From positions 1-64,000 of the forward strand of contig CAYXJN010000008.1 of assembly GCA_964464605.1 (NCBI GenBank): a stretch of DNA of 64,000 bases, written 5' to 3'. A program made the translations under genes and the position numbers. Positions 59,850 through 64,000 of this stretch are shown here, in pieces (the first letter of the stretch is position 1; every line of letters begins with the position of its first letter). The notes under the pieces were generated by a model. It did no database searches and was not told the DNA's origin. It saw only the letters and a list, made by a program, of their open reading frames with translations. The stretch is from an uncultured Ignavibacteriales bacterium. GTDB taxonomy: Bacteria; Zixibacteria; MSB-5A5; GN15; FEB-12.

Positions 59850-61736
59850 ATGCCGTTGAACCGGGTTCGAGGAGTACTTTTATTTTTCTCTCTGATGCTT
59901 TTGATTATGCAGGGGTGTGATAGCAACAAACCCGTTACTTCTACCGGCGGAAATCCGGTGGATAATCGCTGGGAAATGCAAAGTCCGCTGCCGACTGACC
60001 GCACACTTCATTCCATCTATTTTATCGACGAACAGACCGGATGGATTGCAGGAAACGGGATCATACTGCACACTGCCGATGGTGGTGAAACGTGGACAAA
60101 GCAGCTTCAAGTGGGTGGGGAATCTTATCGGGAAATTAAGTTTGCCGATGCCAACACCGGCTGGGCGATCGGAACCTACAATGCCATTCGTTACACTAAT
60201 GACGGTGGTAAAACATGGACAAAGCAAACAAGCGGTACGAATGAACGGACGCTGACTTCTATTGCCGTGCATAACCATCTGCAAGCGACGGCAATCGGCT
60301 GGAATAATACGGTTCTACAGACGACAGACGGCGGACAAAGCTGGGTGCCAAGCACGACCAATGCGAAGTCTATGCAGGATGATTTTAATGAAATTCATTT
60401 TTTCAATCCGTCTCAGGGGTTGATAACCGCACAAAGCGGGACGGTGTTAGCCTCAGATGATAGCGGTAGAACATGGACAGTTATTATGAGCGCCTCGCCG
60501 CATGGTGTGCCTGCCGATGTTGCGTTATTTGATGCGCAGACTGGCTTAGTCTGTACAGGGAGTGGGAAAATAACCCGGACCGTAAACGGTGGATTGAATT
60601 GGCAGCAACTAGGTTCTGTTAACGCAAATGTGCGGCGCATGAGTTTTATTGATCAACAGCATGGATGGGTGGCTGGTGAAAACGGAGTTATTCAGCGCAC
60701 CGAAAATGGCGGGAGTAATTGGTCGCCGCAGCAAAGCGGAGTGGAAGAAGATTTGTACGACATTTTTTTCTTAAACCAGCAGTATGGCTGGGCGGTCGGT
60801 TTTGGCGGCATCATTCTGCGAACGGTTGACGGAGGTCAAAATTGGAAACGGCTTACTAAAGGTCCGATCAATACACTGTTGGCCACGGATTTTGTCGGGC
60901 ATCGCGGATGGGCAGCCGGTCAGAAAGGAACAATCCTTTCGACGCGTAACAAGGGAATGAGCTGGGAAAACCAAATATCACCCACCAACCAGCAGATCAA
61001 CGATCTTGATTTTGTTGACAGCCGCAGAGGTTGGGCGGTCGGAGAGCGCGGGACTATTTTGTATACTGACAATGGTGGCGAAGCGTGGACAGCGCAGCAA
61101 AGTCCGGTGACAAGCGGCTTCCGTGCGCTGCAATTTCTCGATAGCAAAACGGGATGGGTAGTCAGCAATGACGGTATCATTCTTCACACAACCAATGGTG
61201 GGAATGAATGGATTGTGCAAAATAGCACGACCACCCATGAACTCTTTTCGGTGTTTTTCCTGAATGAATCGGAAGGATGGGTATCAGGACTTGATGTTCT
61301 GTTGCGTACCACGAATGGCGGGTCAAGCTGGGAAAAACTGACGTTTGAAGGGGAGGGGGAAGGCATGCAGATGAGAGATATTGTTTTTCTGGACAGCCAA
61401 ACCGGGTATGTGGTCAGCAATATGGGGTTGTTGTATTCGACACCCGATGGCGGCGCGACATGGACAAATGGTTTCATGCGGTATAATGATGGGTACAGTT
61501 ATGCCACACTGCATGCGATCACATTCGTCGATGACCGTTTCGGATGGATTGTCGGTGAAGGAATACTCGGCAGCCACGGTGTGATTTTTAACACTCAGGA
61601 TGGCGGAAAAACCTGGACCAACGACCAGTTTCTGACCGCTAACGGGTTATACGATGTGGCATTCACGAATCGCCGCGATGCATGGATTGTCGGTGAAAAC
61701 GGAATGATTATTCACACCGAACAGGGTGATCTATAA
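59850..61736 (+). CDS. YCF48/BNR-repeat beta-propeller lipoprotein
   Basis: Lipobox MQGC; about 14 repeats of F-x-D-x3-GW-x2-G...T-x-(D/N)GG-x2-W. Confidence 0.88.
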   Translation: MPLNRVRGVLLFFSLMLLIMQGCDSNKPVTSTGGNPVDNRWEMQSPLPTDRTLHSIYFIDEQTGWIAGNGIILHTADGGETWTKQLQVGGESYREIKFADANTGWAIGTYNAIRYTNDGGKTWTKQTSGTNERTLTSIAVHNHLQATAIGWNNTVLQTTDGGQSWVPSTTNAKSMQDDFNEIHFFNPSQGLITAQSGTVLASDDSGRTWTVIMSASPHGVPADVALFDAQTGLVCTGSGKITRTVNGGLNWQQLGSVNANVRRMSFIDQQHGWVAGENGVIQRTENGGSNWSPQQSGVEEDLYDIFFLNQQYGWAVGFGGIILRTVDGGQNWKRLTKGPINTLLATDFVGHRGWAAGQKGTILSTRNKGMSWENQISPTNQQINDLDFVDSRRGWAVGERGTILYTDNGGEAWTAQQSPVTSGFRALQFLDSKTGWVVSNDGIILHTTNGGNEWIVQNSTTTHELFSVFFLNESEGWVSGLDVLLRTTNGGSSWEKLTFEGEGEGMQMRDIVFLDSQTGYVVSNMGLLYSTPDGGATWTNGFMRYNDGYSYATLHAITFVDDRFGWIVGEGILGSHGVIFNTQDGGKTWTNDQFLTANGLYDVAFTNRRDAWIVGENGMIIHTEQGDL

Positions 61737-61757
61737 ATCTACGCAGTTGTTAGAGAT

Positions 61758-61788
61758 AAAAAAAACCGGCCTTAGAGCCGGTTTTTTT
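61758..61788. terminator. Bidirectional intrinsic terminator
   Basis: A8-CCGGC-loop-GCCGG-T7 between convergent genes. Confidence 0.8.
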
Positions 61789-61801
61789 GTGTTCGGATCG
61801 T

Positions 61802-62305
61802 TCAGTGTTCCCGTTCGGCGACGATTCTCTGCATACGGCTTTCCAACAAATACAGTTCAGCCTGGGTTTTGGCACCCTTCACCATATTCAAAAGTTCACT
61901 GACCGAGTTAACTTCTTCAACCTGCTCGGCGACTTTCCACTGAATGTAGTTGTCGGTGGCGTAATCTTTTTCGGTGCGTGACATTTCAACAATCTCATGC
62001 ACCTGTTTCGTTACCTTCTTTTCATGTTCAACCGCGGCTTCGAAAATCTCAACTATATTTTTGTACACCAGTTTCGGTTCCGGAATCGCCTGCAGTTTTA
62101 CTTCCGCTCCCTGATCAAGCAGGTAGCGGGAGATTTTCATGGCGTGCCCTTTTTCCTCTTCCGACTGCTTGTAAAACCAGGCGGCGAACACTTTCAGGTT
62201 CCAGCTTTCCAGTACAAAGGCCATCTGCAAATAGGTCAGCGAGGCGAACATTTCATTTTTCACCTGCTCATTCAAACGGTTCGCAATTTTCTTTGAAATC
62301 TGCAT
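61802..62305 (-). CDS. ftnA: Non-heme ferritin
   Basis: NEQVKNE, Y, EEKGHA, EHEKKVT, EQVEE ferroxidase pattern. Confidence 0.9.
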   Translation of the reverse strand: MQISKKIANRLNEQVKNEMFASLTYLQMAFVLESWNLKVFAAWFYKQSEEEKGHAMKISRYLLDQGAEVKLQAIPEPKLVYKNIVEIFEAAVEHEKKVTKQVHEIVEMSRTEKDYATDNYIQWKVAEQVEEVNSVSELLNMVKGAKTQAELYLLESRMQRIVAEREH

Positions 62306-62410
62306 ATCAGATACTCCTTAAGTTAGCGTTTCAGTATGCCGTATCATATCGGCGCTCGGTACCCCTAATGTATACCATGACAAAACATCGGCGAAATGAA
62401 ATTTGTTCAG

Positions 62411-62429
62411 GATGAAAGTGAGTTTCAAT
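62411..62429. promoter_or_regulatory. Fur-like operator upstream of ferritin
   Basis: TGAAA-GTGAG-TTTCA, same core and spacing as 36101-36125. Confidence 0.45.
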
Positions 62430-62458
62430 TGTTCAAACCGGAATGGAATCGTAGGGAT

Positions 62459-63370
62459 TTACAGTTTCGCCCAACCGGTACGGCAATGGCCGAAGCGGAA
62501 GAGTTCCGGGTGAAGGATTTCCGCGAAAATTTCAAGCGTTTCCACAAGCCGAGGGCCGGGGCGGTTGAAGTACTGGTTGCCGTCGGCTACATAAACGGCA
62601 CTGTTTTTGACCGCTTTGAGATTTGGCCAGTCGGGATGGGACATAAGCGGCCTCATTTCCTGGCGGTTTTTTTCGATCTCCCATCCGCAAGCAGCGACGA
62701 TAATAACATCCGGATCGGTCGAGCGTAAATCATCAAAGGTCAGCATTGGCGAATGTTTCCCCGTTTCTCCGAAAACAGAAATACCACCCGCCGTTTCTAT
62801 CAGTTCCGGTATCCAGTTTCCTGCACCCATTAAAGGATCGATCCATTCTATTTTCGCCACTCTCGGTTTATTCGCGGCCAGTTTTGCCTGTGCGCCGATG
62901 GCGCAAATACGGGAGCGGAGTTGAACAATTAGCTCTTCACCTGCCTGAGGTGCGTTTATTTTTTTCGCGACTTGGCGTATATCCGGCCACAAATCAGAAA
63001 GGCGGTTAGTGTTTAATGAAACGATAGTCGGCTTGGATGCGATAATCTGACAAGCTGCCGCTTCCAAATCCTGTGGGCTTACCGCGCAGACTTCGCATTG
63101 CGTTTGGGTGACTATAACATTAGGCCGTAATTTGTTGAGCTGATCGGCAAAAACGCGATAGACCGATAACCCTTCCTGAACAATCGCACGTACCCGCGCA
63201 TCGATTTCATAACTGGTGCCGTCAGTCGGAAACTTCGGCTCGGAACATTGGGGGAGAGATAAAACAGAAGTCGGGAAGTCGCATTCATGCGACCTCCCGA
63301 CCAGAAGATTTTCACATCCGAGCGCACAGACAATTTCCGTGCCGCTGGAGAGAAGCGAAACGACCCGCAC
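62459..63370 (-). CDS. BtuF-like cobalamin/iron-chelate binding protein, no signal peptide
   Basis: RVVSLLSSGTE, VGRSHECDFP, EWIDP...GNW, NRPGPRL. Confidence 0.85.
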   Translation of the reverse strand: MRVVSLLSSGTEIVCALGCENLLVGRSHECDFPTSVLSLPQCSEPKFPTDGTSYEIDARVRAIVQEGLSVYRVFADQLNKLRPNVIVTQTQCEVCAVSPQDLEAAACQIIASKPTIVSLNTNRLSDLWPDIRQVAKKINAPQAGEELIVQLRSRICAIGAQAKLAANKPRVAKIEWIDPLMGAGNWIPELIETAGGISVFGETGKHSPMLTFDDLRSTDPDVIIVAACGWEIEKNRQEMRPLMSHPDWPNLKAVKNSAVYVADGNQYFNRPGPRLVETLEIFAEILHPELFRFGHCRTGWAKL

Positions 63371-63374
63371 GGTA

Positions 63375-64000
63375 TTATCCCTGTTTGAGCAGCCGTTCCA
63401 TTTCGGCGACTAATTCTGCGAACAATGAGATCGTCCGGTTGATCGGTTCCGGAGTGGTCATGTCAACACCGGCATCTTTCAGAATATCAACCGGATACTT
63501 CGATGATCCGGTGGAGATAAACTTGTAGTATGTCGGCAGGAACTTGTCTCCCTTTTCCATGATCTGCTGCGACAACATCTGGGCCGCCGCATAGCAGGTA
63601 GCATACTGGAAGACATAATACTGGCGGTAGAAGTGCGGGATACGCATACCAGTCACATCGGCCGGTTCGATAAGAACCAAGTCTTTGCCCCAGTATTTTT
63701 CATAAATATCGCGATAGGTTTTGCGCAGGAAGTCAGCAGAGATAGCATCCCCTTTTTCGATCCGGTCATGAATCGCCAGTTCGAATTCGGAGAACATTAC
63801 CTGCGTGTAGAACGTGCCGATAATCTGTTCGATATAGAAATTCAACAGCGCCATTTTCTCGCGTTTGTCTTTGGTGTTCTTAAGCAGGTACTTCATGAGT
63901 ACCGCTTCGTTACAGGTGGATGCCACCTCGGCGACAAACAATGAGTGATCCGAATAGACATACGGTTCACTGCGATTGGTGTAATGGGAATGCATTGCAT
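63375..64000 (-). CDS. pepF: Oligoendopeptidase F (M3B), C-terminal part; start lies outside the window
   Basis: AMHS, FVAEVAST, RIPHFY..YYVFQYAT, GSSKYP, AGVDM. Confidence 0.92.
   Translation of the reverse strand, partial: AMHSHYTNRSEPYVYSDHSLFVAEVASTCNEAVLMKYLLKNTKDKREKMALLNFYIEQIIGTFYTQVMFSEFELAIHDRIEKGDAISADFLRKTYRDIYEKYWGKDLVLIEPADVTGMRIPHFYRQYYVFQYATCYAAAQMLSQQIMEKGDKFLPTYYKFISTGSSKYPVDILKDAGVDMTTPEPINRTISLFAELVAEMERLLKQG

Noticed and set aside
59850..61736. CRISPR or DNA tandem repeat
   Set aside because: Repetition is at the protein level (BNR propeller) with divergent codons

Overview
A 64 kb bacterial chromosomal window. The Cys-flanked dockerin tails and T9SS-type C-terminal domains suggest an FCB-related lineage, most likely Zixibacteria (inference). 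The backbone is housekeeping: a DGC-nagZ-anmK-spoIID-ompA cell-wall recycling cluster, coaX, ispG, crcB, thyX, ndh, pgsA-pgpA-cinA-thpR, class II RNR nrdJ with tandem NrdR boxes, radical SAM genes, oligopeptidases and ferritin. Several AT-rich accessory genes are interspersed. Main leads: (1) five secreted proteins with dockerin tails (four peptidases, one His-rich protein) plus candidate cohesin-like domains, suggesting a cellulosome-like protease/nutrient-capture complex; (2) a metal-uptake operon headed by a CxxC/RAPP (DUF2946/CruR-like) leader, followed by a His-rich repeat-dockerin protein, a homologous lipoprotein and a TonB receptor; (3) an apparently circularly permuted type-1 copper lipoprotein; (4) poly-G tracts in a mosaic secreted gene, a candidate orphan sRNA, and a TGAAA-N5-TTTCA operator shared by two iron-related genes. 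No rRNA, tRNA, CRISPR array, transposase or integrase was recognised. All calls come from reading motifs by eye; no searches were run.
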